Shown here one piece after another: positions 1-13,900 of a DNA stretch of 64,000 nucleotides. The number at the start of each line of letters is the position of its first letter. Position 1 is the first letter of the stretch. Under the pieces are notes generated by a model, which did not search any database, was not told the origin of the DNA, and saw nothing but the letters and a program-made list of their open reading frames with translations. A program made the position numbers and the translations under genes. The stretch comes from Gracilinanus agilis (lineage: Eukaryota), in the NCBI RefSeq assembly GCF_016433145.1, contig NC_058131.1, positions 48,447,795-48,511,794 on the forward strand, written 5' to 3'.

Positions 1-315
1 GGGCGGGGAGCCGCCTGCGGCAGCCCCGGGCGGGCTGGGCGGGCCCAGGCCGCGGCTTGGGCTGCCGGGCAGGGAGTCCCCGCCGCCGCCGCCGCCGTTG
101 GGGAGGCCGTTGAAGGCGGCCAGCGCCGGCCCGAGCGGGGGGTCCGCCTCTGCCGCCGCGTCCCCAGTCAAGCTCAAGCTCTCGCCGCTCAGCTCAGCCA
201 CTACCCGCACCCAGCGCTCCCGCAGCAGCAGCTCCACCAGCCCCGCTTTGGTGGCCCGTGTCCACACCGCCATGGCCGGCCCGGGTCCCGCCGCCGCTGC
301 CGAGGCCAGCCTCAT
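1..315 (-). CDS. SNTB2: Beta-2-syntrophin, coding exon 1 (runs off the window start)
   Basis: The reverse strand from ATG 315 reads MRLASAAAAGPGPAMAVWTRATKAGLVELLLRERWVRVVAELSGESLSLTGDAAAEADPPLGPALAAFNGLPNGGGGGGDSLPGSPSRGLGPPSPP, open to position 1. This matches the recalled human SNTB2 N-terminus (MRVAAATAAAGAGPAMAVWTRATKAGLVELLLRERW). A second in-frame ATG lies at 273. The ORF track missed it because no stop falls inside the window. Confidence 0.95.
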   Translation of the reverse strand, partial: MRLASAAAAGPGPAMAVWTRATKAGLVELLLRERWVRVVAELSGESLSLTGDAAAEADPPLGPALAAFNGLPNGGGGGGDSLPGSPSRGLGPPSPPGAAAGGSPP

Positions 316-520
316 TCCCGAGCCGGAGTCCCGGCGCTTCCCCCTTCCCGCCTGCGGGGGCGAAGCCCCGCCCCCAGCCCCGATAATCCATTATTCATGA
401 GCGACCCCGCCCCCTTCTCTTTTCTACTGCGGAGGCGGGGCCGTTTCCGGGAAAAGGGGGGGCTGGCACTGGCTGCGGCGGGGCTTAAGGGGCTGGGTTC
501 TCTGAGCGCAAGGTCACTTA
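1..520. promoter_or_regulatory. CpG island / promoter of SNTB2
   Basis: Very GC- and CpG-rich, with GC boxes (GGGGCGGGG on the minus strand near 365-375) upstream of the SNTB2 ATG. Confidence 0.8.
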
Positions 521-1934
521 CTGGGAGCTCACCTTGATCACGGAGTGGCGCTCGGGAAACTTTTAGAGTGTCCGAGCTGGGAGAGTCCTTAGAGCAGGGA
601 ATGTCATACCCGGGAGGAACCTGAGAACGTGGAATGTCCGAGCTGGGAAAGACCTTAGAACAGAGAACGGGAGAATTGGGAGAGACGTTCGAGCAGGGAA
701 GGGCAGAACTAAGAAGACCCTTAAAATTCAGAATATGAGAGCTAGAAGGGGCTTTAGTTTGGCCCCAGCATTGGAGGAAGCCAAGCCCGGGACACTGGCT
801 TAAGTCACTACTTAGATTAAATGCGAAGCTGGCTCTGGTGATTTCAAATCCAAGGCTCTACTCTCCCTGTGAAAAGAGGAGAACTGCTTTGGGCTTTTAG
901 CTGTCTCCTTAGCTCTCTACCAAAAAATCTGATTCAGTTCTGCCAGATGTCTCAACAAATGCAATTGGGCCAAGAAAGGAGAATTCCCTCTGGTAGTCTC
1001 TTTCCAAGTCTGTGAAACTGGGTTGCACGGACTGCCTGCAGGTCCTGCAAGCTCAAGAAGTTTGATCTCCAGAAGAGACAAGTAAAAGAGGTGTCAATGT
1101 GCAGAAAGATAAACTGGCCTCTTGCACCATAGGTGAGGTTCACACATTTCTCACGGGTCCCAAGAGTGCAATAAATAATTCTTGTAAAGGCGAGCTGAGC
1201 TCAATACAGGCTCTGTGCATGAAGCATGTCCATAAAGTGCAGGCAAAATTCCAAAGGATAGAGGTGCCCATGGGAAGACCAGAAGATTCTGTGATTTGGG
1301 GCTGACTTAGGGAACTCCAGGAATTTGAATTTCCTCTACCACAGAACCTTCCTGTGACTTAAGTAGACTTAGGTAAGTAGTTGCCAAAAGCACAGTGACT
1401 TGGCTAGGGTTTCCTAAATATTAAGAGGGCGAATGTGAACCTGTATCTACATGACTCCAAGGCAAGAACCCTGGCTGAGGGCAAAATAATCATAGATCCA
1501 CAGTAAGCTCCTCGGTGGCGGGTTATTTAATTTTGCCTTTGGATCCCTAGGACCTAAGCAGTGTCTTACAGTTAATACGTTTGTTGAATTAATAATACTT
1601 TATATGTATTGCGGCAGCATGTTGTAGTGGATACAAGACTGACCTCAAAGCCAAAAGGACCAGAATTTAAGTCCTTCTAACACAAAGGAGTTATGACCAT
1701 CCTCTATTCTCCCTCCCACCCCAACTCCCCAATCACTTAATCACTCAGAGCTCTAGGCAACTCTCTCTAAGACCGAAAAGTAGGAAGAGGTACTGACTGC
1801 TATGATAATGAGTTTCCTTACCTGGGAGTTCCCCAAACCAGTTAAATCACTGGTCCAATTCCCTTTACATTATCCCATTTGACTCTTATAATACCTGTAA
1901 GGTAGGTACAGCTATACTCATTTTCTAGATAAGG

Positions 1935-1980
1935 AGATATAGATAGATAGACAGGCAGATAGATAGATACAGATAATATA
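1935..1980. repeat. (GATA)n-type microsatellite
   Basis: agatatagatagatagacaggcagatagatagatacagata. Confidence 0.7.
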
Positions 1981-3477
1981 TATATGTTCTATATATCTAT
2001 ATCTCTTCAAATTCTGCCTCTAATTCATATTGGATATAAGACCCCTATAAAGGCAAGTAATTTAGCCTCTCTGTCTCTCTCTCACACACACATATTTTTG
2101 GCTTTCTTTCAACTAAGTACTATAGCCTAAAGGCCCAGTCAGTTATTTAGAAAATTATGTGATGAGCAAGAGGGTAAATTACTTAAAATTGAGATGTAGA
2201 GGGAAAATATTAGTATTTGGATGGTTTGGTATGTTTGTTCCCCTTTAAAAGTCTCTAACAGAAGTCCCTGCGAGATATCGCAAACTGTTTAGTTTTTCAC
2301 TCATTGTGTCCTCCATAATTTGAACCCAATCTTCCTTTATGGTCTCTTCTCTCCACTGTTTCCTTAAATGAACTTGCCAAACTGGTTTATTCATTATCCC
2401 TTCAAACACACCTTTCTTTTTCTGCCTCAGAGTCCCCTCTAAAATGTCTGCCTCCCTCTTATGACCCCAGAAATCCTATCCAACCTTAAAGGCTTGGCTT
2501 CGGTTCTGCCTTCTCTACTGAACTGACCTGGTCTAGTGGAATTGGAAAAGACTTAATTCTGATTAACTCACTGTGCATTGATTGATTGATTGACTTCCCC
2601 ACCCAGGGCCTCAGTTTCTTCCTAGGAACAGACTAGGAAAGTCTGTTAAATTAAATTAAAATTAAAGTAAGTGTGAGAATTACCATTAGAATTCAGGCTT
2701 CAATTTAGAGTCTAATTGGTTTTCCCACCATAAATCAGTGAGCCCCAGCTGGAATCTATCTTTCCTTTGACCTTTGAGAACATTTCCTCTGACCTCAAGG
2801 AACATTTATGAATCACCTAGCAGGTTCAAGGGCTGGTCCTTCTGGCCGGGTGCTGGAATACAGAGGAAGAAACTTAATAATCTCTGCCTTTAACCAGCTT
2901 GGATCCACTTCTTGCTTCTATCACTCATTTCCCAGTTGGCATTTATTAGGTTTCCTGATTGCCTCAGCTTGAATTTCTACTCAAATTGGAATCTCATTTC
3001 CCACCTGGCTGCACTCCTTTGGGACTCTTCTCTCCTTTCCACCATGCCCTTGGAACCTTGTCATTGGGAAGAGTCATCATTCTGTAAAATAATATCTATC
3101 TTGCTACTTACTACTTTCTGTCCGTCGGATTGGATGGTGGAACCATGACTCCCCAAACTTCCAGTTAAAGAGGGGGCTCAGGACATATGTATCTCATTTC
3201 CCTCCTGGATACATGACTTCAGGATTTCTGATTTTTCCACCTCACCCAAACTTTTCAGATTCCTTTTTTAAAAAACTCTTTCTTACCTTCTGTCTTAGTA
3301 TTAATTTTGAAACAGAAGAGCAATAAAAGCTAGGTACTTGGGATTAAGTGACTTGCCCAGGGTCACACAGCTAGAAAGTATCTGAGGTCAAATTTGAACT
3401 TGGGACTTTCCATCTCCAGACCTGTTTTTCTATCTAATGAGAGCTGCCCCTCTTCTGTTTCTTTCTTTTTTTTTTTT

Positions 3478-3625
3478 TTAAATCCTTACCTTCCATCTCA
3501 GAATCAATACTGTGTATTTGTTCCAAAGCAAGAGTGGTAAGGGCTAGGAAATGAGAGTTAAGTGACTTGCCCAGGGTCACACAGTTAGGAAGTGTCTGAG
3601 GTCAGATTTGAACCATTTCCAGGCC
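3478..3625 (-). mobile_element. SINE1_Mdo-like SINE, older copy (another partial copy at ~3300-3450)
   Basis: Poly-T followed by the reverse complement of the SINE1 tail and core (ccttaccttccatctcagaatcaatac...gtgacttgcccagggtcacacag...gtgtctgaggtcagatttgaacc). Confidence 0.75.
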
Positions 3626-4480
3626 TACTTCTTGATCTCTCTTTATTTCTTAATATGGGAATTCATCATAGGATCTAGCATATCATAGGATCAGAGATTT
3701 AGGTTTGGGAGAGACTTTAGGAGTCATTAAATCTAATCCTCTCATTTGATAGATGAAGAAACTGAGCCAATCAATCAATAAGTATTTATTAATTAGGCAC
3801 TGTTCAGGTACCAGGGGACCAAGAGGAATGATATAGTCTCTGCATTAAATTGAACCTTTCTAAGGTAGAAAGTGGCAATGCTGGAATTTGAATCTAGATC
3901 CTTTCAACTCTTGAATTTGACCCTCTTTTTCCACTTAGCCAAAATATTTGTTGGTGGAATGAAATTCAGTATTTATTAGCTAATTTTATAATATCTCTGA
4001 AGTGGTTTGGGACCATGAAATGTGAAAATAATCTTCAAAGACTGGTACTCTGGAGAAAGCACCTTTATTGGTAGTTGGACTTGGTCATGATAATGAAATC
4101 TGAAATGAAAAATATATATAAACATCTGTTTTTCTCCTTTCTTAGGAATAAAAAAGTAGCTTAAATAATCTTTGGTTCAGGGCCATTTTTTCATCCATCT
4201 GTCTCTGAAAAAGAAATGTCTGGATATAATTCTAATAACCTATCATTTATGTCAATATCTACCCTACTGTGAACATACTAGTTCTTCATAATTTCTTATG
4301 GTTACTCAGGAACATAAGAGAGTCATTCTGTTAAATAAGGAAGATTAGAAAAGAACCATTTCATGGATCTAAAATTCCCTGATCTACTTAATGAGTTATA
4401 TAAGTTCCTTGAGGGTAAGGATGGTATTTTTTTTTTTGCCTTCCTCTAAATGCTGCACACAAATTCATGAGACAATTGAG

Positions 4481-4494
4481 TGTGTGTGTATATG

Positions 4495-4531
<37 letters not shown>

Positions 4532-4534
4532 GTA
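4481..4534. repeat. (TG)n(TA)n microsatellite
   Basis: tgtgtgtgtatatgtatatatatatatatatatg... Confidence 0.9.
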
Positions 4535-5749
4535 TTCATATTATTAAACACATTCTGTCTTAGTAAGACAGAAGGGCAAGAACTAGGCAAATGAGGTGAA
4601 GTGGCTTGTGTCTGGGGTCACATTTAAACCCAGATCTTTATTATAAATAGAGTCTTGGATTTGGGAAAACTAGGAAGACCTCTCATTCAAGTCCTGCTTG
4701 GTCAGCTATGAGACCACAGACAGATGATTTAACCTCTTGGACAAATCACTAAGATAAGTTATGTAGATGGAAGACATTACAAGTCCCTGAGGTACTGAGG
4801 ACTGGACTTGGCTGGGCTTTACCACCATCACTAAAATACAGAATCTTGCTTTTTTATCCTCCCTAGGCCTGCATTTTTCTAGGAATGAGCCTTTGCCATA
4901 AGAACACCAGCCATTTGATCCTATAGGTAGATGGCAAACAGCCAAATTAATTTTGGTGACAAACAGCTCTTGTATGAGGCTACACTTTAGTTGAAATGCC
5001 TTTTGTGCTGCCAAAAACCTGTCAAAAAAAGGATTTGGGGCTGGATCCAAGGTTTGAGTGTTATGCAATTCCTTAAGGAAGGAGGGCCCCAGGCAAAATT
5101 GCAACCCTGAGCAAGCCTGAAGGTCACTGCCATGGAGGAGGCCTGCTACAAAGGGAGAACAAAAAGCAAGCCAGAATAATCATTGCTAAAGATGCCAAAG
5201 GAGGAAACATGGTTTATGAGATAACACTGCAACAGCCAACTGTAGCTATGGAAGAAGATAAACTCAGTAACACAAAGTGAGACTTAGTTACCCCTTTCAA
5301 CTGATGGTACTACAGCTTTGCCAGATAGACAGAAAATGTCCTAAAATGATTTCTTTTCCTGGTACAGCTAAACAGGTACTGCTGCCCCTTAATCAACCTA
5401 GAGACAGTACTATTTTTTTTTTTTTTTGCTTCAGCTGATGCAAGCACATTTTTGATTCACCCCATCTAAATAAATCACTGTCCATCTGAAGCCCACAAAG
5501 AAAAAAAGGATAAACCATCTCATATATTATGACCATGAAAAGCCACATCTGCTTACCACATTTCTAATGAGAAACAGCTGGTTCCAGTTAGCTTTGTAGA
5601 ACTTCGACTTTTTCTCTTGACCAAATATTAGAAACAGCAATAATAATAATAGCTAATGGTGCTTTGAGGTTTGTAAACAATTCATTGAAGATTTTCATTG
5701 ACATTTTACAGATGAAAATTTTGTCCTCTTCAGCCTATACTGTACTCAG

Positions 5750-6800
5750 TTTCACTCCTTGATCTCATTAGCTTCCATGGGCTCAATTAACATCTCTCTG
5801 TTGATAATTATCAGATCTACTTATCTACCTCTCTGCTGACCTCCATTCTCATATCTCCAACTGTCCTTTGGACTTCTCAGACTGAATGTCCTATAGGTAT
5901 CTTCAACTCAACATGTCCCAAACTGAATATTTTATCTTTCCTCCCAGTCCCAAACTCCCTTGCTAACTTTCCAGTGACTGTTGAGGATACCACTATCCTC
6001 CCAAACACCCAGGATTCCGAACCTTGGTGTCCTCCTCAACTCCTCACTCTAACTCATCCTCCGCAGACAATCTATTGCTAAAGCCTATCAGCCATAACAT
6101 CTTTCATATACACATGGCCACCACTAGTGCAGGACCTCACCTCATGCATGGACTACTACAATAGCCTATTCCTGGGTCTGCCTGCCTCCTCTCCCCTCTC
6201 AAGTCCATTACTACTTAGCCATCCAAAATGGTCTTCCCAAAGTGAAGACTTAACCATGTAGCACATGGCCATCCAAAGTGGTCTTACCAAAGTGAAGATC
6301 TAACTATGTCAGAAACATACACTCAAACCCCAGTGGCTCTCTATCACCTCCACAATCAAAAATAAAACCCTTTGTTTGGAATTCAAAGTCCTCCTAACTT
6401 GGTCCTTTCTTACCTCCCCAGTCTTCTTATACCTTATTCCCTTCACCTATTCTATGAATTAGCTCCACTTATGCAACTCTTCCTCATGACTGGGCATTTT
6501 CACAGGCTGTCTCCCATTCCTGGAATTCTATCCTTCATTTAAATTTCTTGACTCCTTCTCAAGTCCCAGCTAAACTCTCATCTTTTATAAGAAGCCTTTC
6601 CTAATCCCTCCTTAATTCTAGTGCTTTCCCTCTGTGACTACCTCATTTATCCTATAATAATATCTTAACTATACATGGTTGTTTATCTGTTGTCTCTTCC
6701 ATTAGACTGACCTCCTTAAGGAGCAGGGTGTATTTTTTTCCCATTCTTTGTATCTCCTGTGGCCTTGCAAATAGTAAGCACTTAATAAATCTTGACTAAT
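5750..6800 (+). mobile_element. L2 LINE 3' fragment (ancient)
   Basis: Pyrimidine-rich L2-like text (ctcaacatgtcccaaactgaa...) ending in the typical L2 3' terminus (tcttccattagactga...gtaagcacttaataaat). Confidence 0.65.
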
Positions 6801-9034
6801 TCATGTATGCACTAAATGGCTCCCAACCTTTTCAAATATGAAGACTTAACAGAAAAAAATTCTGATAATCCCCTCTGCCTGATACTAATTATATTATTAA
6901 CATTCATTAATCTGAGAAAGGATATTAGATATGGACCCCTTACAAAAACTCTACAGACCCCGCCCCCCCAGGAGTTTAAGGCCCATAGATTAAAAGACAC
7001 TGACTTAGTTTAATACTACAGAGGCCACTAAGTGCTACATACAGTAGATAGATGGCTGAACCAAGCCAACGTGACCTGAATTCAGATCAAGCCTCTAGTT
7101 TTTCCTAGCTGAGTGACATAAAACCTCCACCTCAATTTCCTCAATTGTAAAATGATTATATCACCTACCTTCCAGAGTTGATATGGAATCAAATATTGGT
7201 AAAGTACTTAGCACAGTGCCTGGCATATATATAGTAGGTGTTTAATATTTATTTCCTTTTTTCCTTCCAAAAGCTTTTGTTAGCTTCTCTAGTTTCAAGC
7301 CTCCTTCTTCACTTACTTATCCTACAATCAGGATTTTACTAGTTAAGCCCCCTTCTCCTTTGACCTTAAAAGAATTCCAATGGAACAAAGACCTAAAAAA
7401 TGAATACTTTGTGTTCAATTAAAAAATCACCCAGGCCCAGTAACCTGTCCACTGTATCACTTAGTTGCCTCTGTAGTATTAGACTGTCAGTGTCTTTTGA
7501 TGTATGGGCCTTTAACTCAGCCAACTATATTCATTTTTCACAGTATTATGGTTTCTTAAACCAATTTGTCTCTTCTTCTACCCTGCTCACCTCCAAACTA
7601 AACCTACTCCAATCCTTGGAAATTCCCTTGTCTTTGGCTCTTCCATGAAATTTTTCCAGATGGAACCCAATTGTTTCTACTCATCATTTCTCAAGCAAGC
7701 CATCACTATCCTAGATCCTTTCTAGTTTTCTGATTAAATAGTACATACTAAAATGCCTATTTAAAAAAAAATCCTGGTGAGGATAGAAAGAAGCCCATAG
7801 AGCTTAATACCTTGTGGATCTAAGTCAAATGCTCACTGATTGTGCCTGAAATACATTCCCAAATTGATGTTTCTAGGATGCACCTTCTTCATGGGGTATT
7901 GTATATAAAACATTATGCGTATCTCTCCCAATCTGCCTTCAAATTTAAAGTTGTGATTCATGCATGTGACTTGTGTTTCCTAAGTCAACTACAGCTTAAC
8001 TAATATTAGGGCTGTTTCTAAAAGGCCTCCTTGATGTGGATGCATGCATTAGTGAAGGAATGAGAACTGATGAAGTGCTTAATATGTATAAAGTATAATG
8101 TTAAGTGCTGGGGACAGAAAGAGAAAACTGAGGTAGCCCTCACTCGCAATGAGTTCACAATCTAATGTCTGGACATGGTATCATTCTAGAATTAAAGAAC
8201 CACTTAAAATGTAGAAGAAAAAGACAGCTTTTCAAAGCATTAAAGTTAGAAAACGGAAGGTGCCAAGAACTGAAGACTCACCAGCTTATCTCAGTGACTT
8301 ATCTTCTACACCCAGATAAACTAGCAAGAATCAAACACAAGAATAAAAGGAAATGAAAAAACAAACCACAAAAGTGCAAACTGGCCCTTAACAGCTTATC
8401 CCCTACTGAATAGAGGTTTGTCTAAGCTTCTACCTGGACACCAAAAAACCTTCTAGACTTCTTTTGTGTTCAGTTATCTCTTTAGGAAGGACTTTGAGGT
8501 CCAGAGCACCTACACCTTCAAGGTCTTACCACCTTGAAGGAAGTTATAGCTCACCAAATGGAGAGAAGATCTCAGTTGCTCAATCATTTTAAATGAACAG
8601 AGGTCTCTTGATTCCTTGCAGAGCGTTCTAAGCCTGGTTTTAGTGGGTCTTGAGCCAACTAACCCCTATGTCCTCTGCTTGTTCCCCTCTGAGTCAAGAG
8701 GGCAATATCACTCATTTCAAAGCAACCAGTTTTCTAAATAGGTAAAAGAAAGCTTTTAAACTATGGGCAGACATTTCACAGCTTCCAGAATTAGTCTGAG
8801 CTTTGTCAGTCAAAGGTAAAGCAAAATCCAAGTCACCAAATTCTATCTTAAACTCTTTTCTATAACAGAGGGTGTGGTGACAGCAGATGAATTGATACTC
8901 AAGTGATTCTTTTCCCTGCCCAGGAAACAATCACATACTATGAACATTTAGGGTCCAATCATGCAAAATAGCATAGAAAACATGTGTAAACTAAAACTAC
9001 AGCAAGCCTCCTGCCAAGGCATTTACTTTTTTTT

Positions 9035-9228
9035 TTTTAAACCCACACCGTCCACCTTAGAATCAATACTAAGTATTGGTTCCAAGGCAGAAGAGTGGTA
9101 AGGGTTAGGCGAATGGGATTTAATGATTTGTCCAGGGTCACACAACTAGGAAGTGTCTGAGGCCAAATTTAAAAGCAGGACCTCAGTCTCTGTGCCTGCC
9201 TCTCAATCTGAGCCACCTAGCTGCCCTA
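9035..9228 (-). mobile_element. SINE1_Mdo-like SINE
   Basis: Poly-T, aaaccc...gaatcaatactaagtattggttccaaggcagaagagtggtaagg..., ending ccacctagctgcccc. Confidence 0.75.
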
Positions 9229-10721
9229 ACCTCATTTACTTCTAGATTTATTATAGGATATATCAGGATAACCAAATCACTAAATCTCTGGAGCTAGAGG
9301 GCATCTCAGGGGTCATGTGGACCAAGTCATCCAAAAAGGAACCTCCGTGAAAGATCAAATGAGATATCTGGATGGTCTTTAGCATGATGTCTGGCACATA
9401 GCTGCTTAATAGCTATTCCCTTTATGATATCGCTGATGAGAGGTCCACCTTTCGCTTTAAGACCTCCAACCTCACCTGAGGCAGCCCAAAGGTTGGGAAA
9501 ACACTGTCATACTCAGTAATGGGTAATTGTCCAGCGAAAAGAAAGCTATTCTTCATGAACCATAAAGACAATAGATTTAAACAGAAACAACTACTGCTAG
9601 AAAATATAAATGGACGTGCCCAAATTTAATTGTACTTGACAACAAATAACACTCGATCTCTTTGCTCTTCCCAAACTGACATTTTCCTAGCCTCTGGATT
9701 TGTATTACTAGGCTCCAAAGATTCATCCCACTTTCGGTTCCATCCCACATGAGGTTAGTCAATGTGTTTTCTCTTTCCAGAACAGAGCCCTAGGGGCAAG
9801 AAACACATAAGCATGACCATCTAAAATTTTTTAAGCATTACTCCACCCAATGGTGTCATCGAAAAGCCTCCCCACCCCCATGGCAGAACAGACTTCCCAT
9901 ATGCTTTTCAGGAGGCACAGTACAGAAGAGAAATCTATTTGCTCAATCCAAATAACTAGGGATATTAATTTTCTAGTTAAGAGAATAAATTCAAGCAAAC
10001 AGGTTACTAGCATTCTGGGAATAACAGCCCAGAGCAAGCAGAGTGGAGAAGCAGTAAGAAATTAAATAAATGGCCTGTTTTCCCTACCTATGTCTTCCTA
10101 CTCCTCCCCCCAAATCTCTGGTCTCTGTCCAAAGTTCCTTTGAAACCCTGCCACTAAATGAATGAGGAAACACTGCTACGAAATCCAGCTTCCCAAAGTA
10201 ATATTCATTTACTGCCATTTAAGAAGTGAACAGTTGCCTATCTGAAGGGCAGAAACATTCATTTTCAGAAAAAGCACGTCAATCTGAAAACTGAAAGCCT
10301 AAAACCAAATGCACCTCTCTTCTGGTTTCACTAGTCTGGGTTAACTGATCACCAATGGGCAAAGACAACTTTTTCACTGAAGAATTCAGGGCGCATAAAA
10401 GGAAGACCACAACTTTTCAAAGGTAAAGTGGTTGGAAGTCAACAGAGACAGAATGAAAGCTGGCTCTCTGCAGTCTTGAACTTTATTTAAGGGCAGAGGC
10501 AGCTGTCACCTCTTTTCTGATGGGAAGACAAGTGTTTCGAGGCTCTTTGGTACTTCATCACGACCACAGATATCTTGTTTGGATCTCTGTTCATTTCTAC
10601 TGCACTGCAGCAAATTGACTGGTCGTGACTCAGGGTTCCAGGTGCAAGTCTTGACCCTGTCTTCAGGCAGCTAAGAAACGAGGGCAAATAACATGATGGC
10701 ATAGCCCTAAAGAATAACTGT

Positions 10722-10727
10722 TTTATT
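10722..10727 (-). terminator. Candidate UTP4 polyadenylation signal (AATAAA); a second candidate at 10482-10487
   Basis: tttatt on the plus strand, about 60 nt past the UTP4 stop. Confidence 0.5.
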
Positions 10728-10788
10728 ATCATGATTTCTAGGAAAAAAACAAGTCAGCCAGTCCAGGGAAGGAGACGCACAACTCCAA

Positions 10789-10905
10789 TTAAGTTCCAAA
10801 TTTCTTTCGTTTGATGGGTGGTGGAAGCTGAGCAATGATGTCTTCCAAAGGCCGTTCTACTGCCACCAATGTGCCTTCATCCAACAGGTCCATGAAGAGG
10901 AGAGG
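10789..10905 (-). CDS. UTP4: UTP4 coding exon 15/15 ([38 protein letters not shown])
   Basis: cag acceptor, 117 nt, TAA at 10791-10789. Confidence 0.95.
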   Translation of the reverse strand, partial: PLLFMDLLDEGTLVAVERPLEDIIAQLPPPIKRKKFGT

Positions 10906-13900
10906 CTGCAAGTCAGAGAGAGGACAGTGATCCTACTGGGAAGCTCCCACAACCACCTAGGAAGCACTGAACCCAGCCTAAAAGGAGCCTGCTTACTGGC
11001 AAACCAGATCACTTTCTAAAGTTCAATTTACTCTAAAAATAATAAAATTCATTTCTAGGACTAAAATATAGAAAGCTACCTGTAGCTCTGGGGTACATAT
11101 AGATTTCCAATATTCTGGATCAAAAAATCTTCAAATTTCTAGCATTAACTGAGGGCTTTAGGGCACATGGTCCCTCAGTATCAGACAGACCACCAGATTA
11201 CAGGTAGCTAGAACACTAGGCCTAAAGTCAGGAAGTTCTCAGTTCAAATATGACCTCAAACACTAAACTTGTGACCATGGGCTAGTCATTTAAACACTTC
11301 CTATTTCCCTGACTAAATGAGGGGATAATAATGGCACCTAACTCCCAAAGTGGTTATGAAGACCAAATGAGATGCTATTTGTAAAGGGCTTAGACCCAAT
11401 GGCTAATGCATTATAGGGGCCACATAAATGCTTCTTCCCTTCCCTTCTCATCACCACTATACACAAAAGCTAAGCTAATCAGAACCTCTGAACCTGTCTC
11501 CTAATGGCTAAAACAGAACCTAAACATTAACCAAGGCAGGGGCTGTGGAAAGTATGCTGAATGTGAATTTAAAGACTCTGGGCTGAAATCTCAGTTCTGT
11601 ACCTATGTGACTTTGGAAAAGCCAATTAACCTTTCTGGGATCCAGCGCCCCTATATGTAAAATTACAGCACTAGATGGTCTCCACGGCCCCTCCCAGCTC
11701 CATATCTAGGCTCCCAAGAGAGTTCCTGTGAATCTGTATATTGGAGGAAATTAAATTTTAACACAGAAAGAGAACACACCTTGTCAGAGCTGTAATGAGC
11801 CTTGACGGAGCTTGGAGGGCAAGTTCCCCGCTCGCTGGTGCTTAATGTACCGTCTATCTTGGGAGAGATATTCTCTTTCAGTTTTTATAGAAGTGTGGAA
11901 GCCGGCTGAGCTCCAGTCAGTCCTTGATTATATTTGTATTAAATTCTGGGCAGGGGTGCTGCTGCTTGATTCTTCAGCACGAGAGCAGTACAGAACTGAG
12001 CACTTGCCTGTGCCTGCACCCACACACCTCCTGCCCCCTCCTCCCTTTTCCTACTACTGTCTCAATGTAGGCCTCTATGAGGTTCCTTTTCTTCTATACC
12101 AGGAACCCAAACTATCAAAGGGCTTCATTAAGATTCTCAAGTCTTTTGGAGGTAAAATCTGTAGAACCTTTAACAGAGAACTTGAAAGCACGGTTTTTTT
12201 TTCCTCCTTTCATTTTTTCTTAATTACATATAAAATATTTTAACATAAAAAAATTTTTTTTTTTAAATTTTGAGCTCCAAATTCTCTCTCTCCTCTCCAC
12301 TCCATGCCTTAAGGTGAGCAATTAGATACACAGAAGGATAAGCTTAAAAACAAACAAACAAAAACCCCTTGCCACCTGTCTTAGAATAGATATTAAGTGT
12401 TCATTCAAAGACAGAATGGTGAGGGCTAGGCAATGGGGTTGACTTGCTCAGGGTCACACAGCTAGAAAATGTCTGAAGCCACATTTAAACCCAGGAACTC
12501 CCAATTCTAAGCCTGGCTCTCAATCTACTTTGCTACCTAGATACCCCAGCATAGGCCTTTAGTACCAAACAGACTTACTAAGGTACAAAGAAATCCAAAA
12601 TAAATTTCTGATCCTGCCTGAGATAGTTCAAAAGGAGAGGGTGGGGATGAACTGGATACCTTTGGAAGATTCCTTTTGCCCTAGGATTTGAAATTCACTA
12701 TGAAAATGAAATGCTAAGGCCACTGAATGGCAAGTCAGGGATTTTGTTGCCTAGACTATAGGGTCTTTATTTTCTTCATAAGAATAACACAGAACTCATT
12801 AAATCTTTAGGGCACCACCCTGAAGTCAAAAGCACTAAAAATGCTCTCACCTGAAATTTTTTAGAGATTTTGAAGGCATGGGCATGGCGTCTTCTAACAT
12901 TTTCAGATGCCTCCCTTAAGGAAAGTTGATTGAATAAGGGAGTTTTATCATCTGGAAGTGGCTAAAAGGGGAAAAAACCCAACATGACATATTTAAAATC
13001 TTCAACATTCTTGGATTTCGGTTTGTCATGTCCTGTCCAGCCCATGCATGTCAACATTTTCCTGTGGCTATGTGAGTTAATTGTCCCAATTCCCACTTTC
13101 TGCTTCTATCAGAAAGGATCAGACTCCTCTTCCCAGGCATGCATAAAGAAAAATGTGCTTGACTCTACTAGTCAGACCAAAGGCCTCCCAGGGACTGCTG
13201 GTCAGCTCTGCCTCAAAACCTTATCAAGGAGGAAACAAGCTGGCATTTGTGGAAGGTCAGCCCACATAGGCTTTGCACCTGAGATTCAGCCTGCCACAGA
13301 AGGTTTAGGCCCCAAAACATGCCACTGGCTCCTTGGGAGATGCTTTCTGGCCAAACAAATTAAATTCCACCCTCTGACTTCCTTGGGAAATAGCTAGGTC
13401 TAATGTGCAGAAGAGACAGGCCGGGAACCAACTCTCTGGAAAAATCATCTGGGCTTGCTTACAAAGAGGCAAGCAGGTGGGAGGAAGCCTTCCTGTATCA
13501 CTCATCCCTCAGAAGGCACTTGTCAGCCAGCTCTCCCACATGGAGAGCTCTCATCAGCCATATGAAGCAGGTCCCTTGTACAAACTGTAGTGAATAACTT
13601 GTTTTTAGCCATCTGCTTCCCCCGTGTTCCCCACACCCCCATGTTCACAGATACAACAAAACCACTGCTGAGTGTTATAACGTGCTTTGAGCTCATATGA
13701 CAAGTGCTATTTGTAGAACCCTGGGCTGTGGTGAAGATGTCTACCCAGGAAAGCCTACAGCATTGAAATGACTCAAAGCAGCAGTTGGATAAGCCTGAAG
13801 AACATCCCACCTAAACCCGGGGGATGCAAAAGAGCATTCTCTGAGGTAGATTTTATTTGGCTACTGCAGCCATTCACTTCTTGCTAACGATGCCTGGAGG

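Noticed and set aside
98-400. 100-aa plus-strand ORF
   Set aside because: Antisense shadow of the GC-rich SNTB2 exon 1.
565-760. Three to four imperfect copies of gtccgagctggga...ccttaga near the SNTB2 promoter
   Set aside because: They resemble a widespread decayed marsupial repeat motif (agagctggaagggaccttag). The spacing is irregular, so this is not a CRISPR-like or otherwise ordered array.
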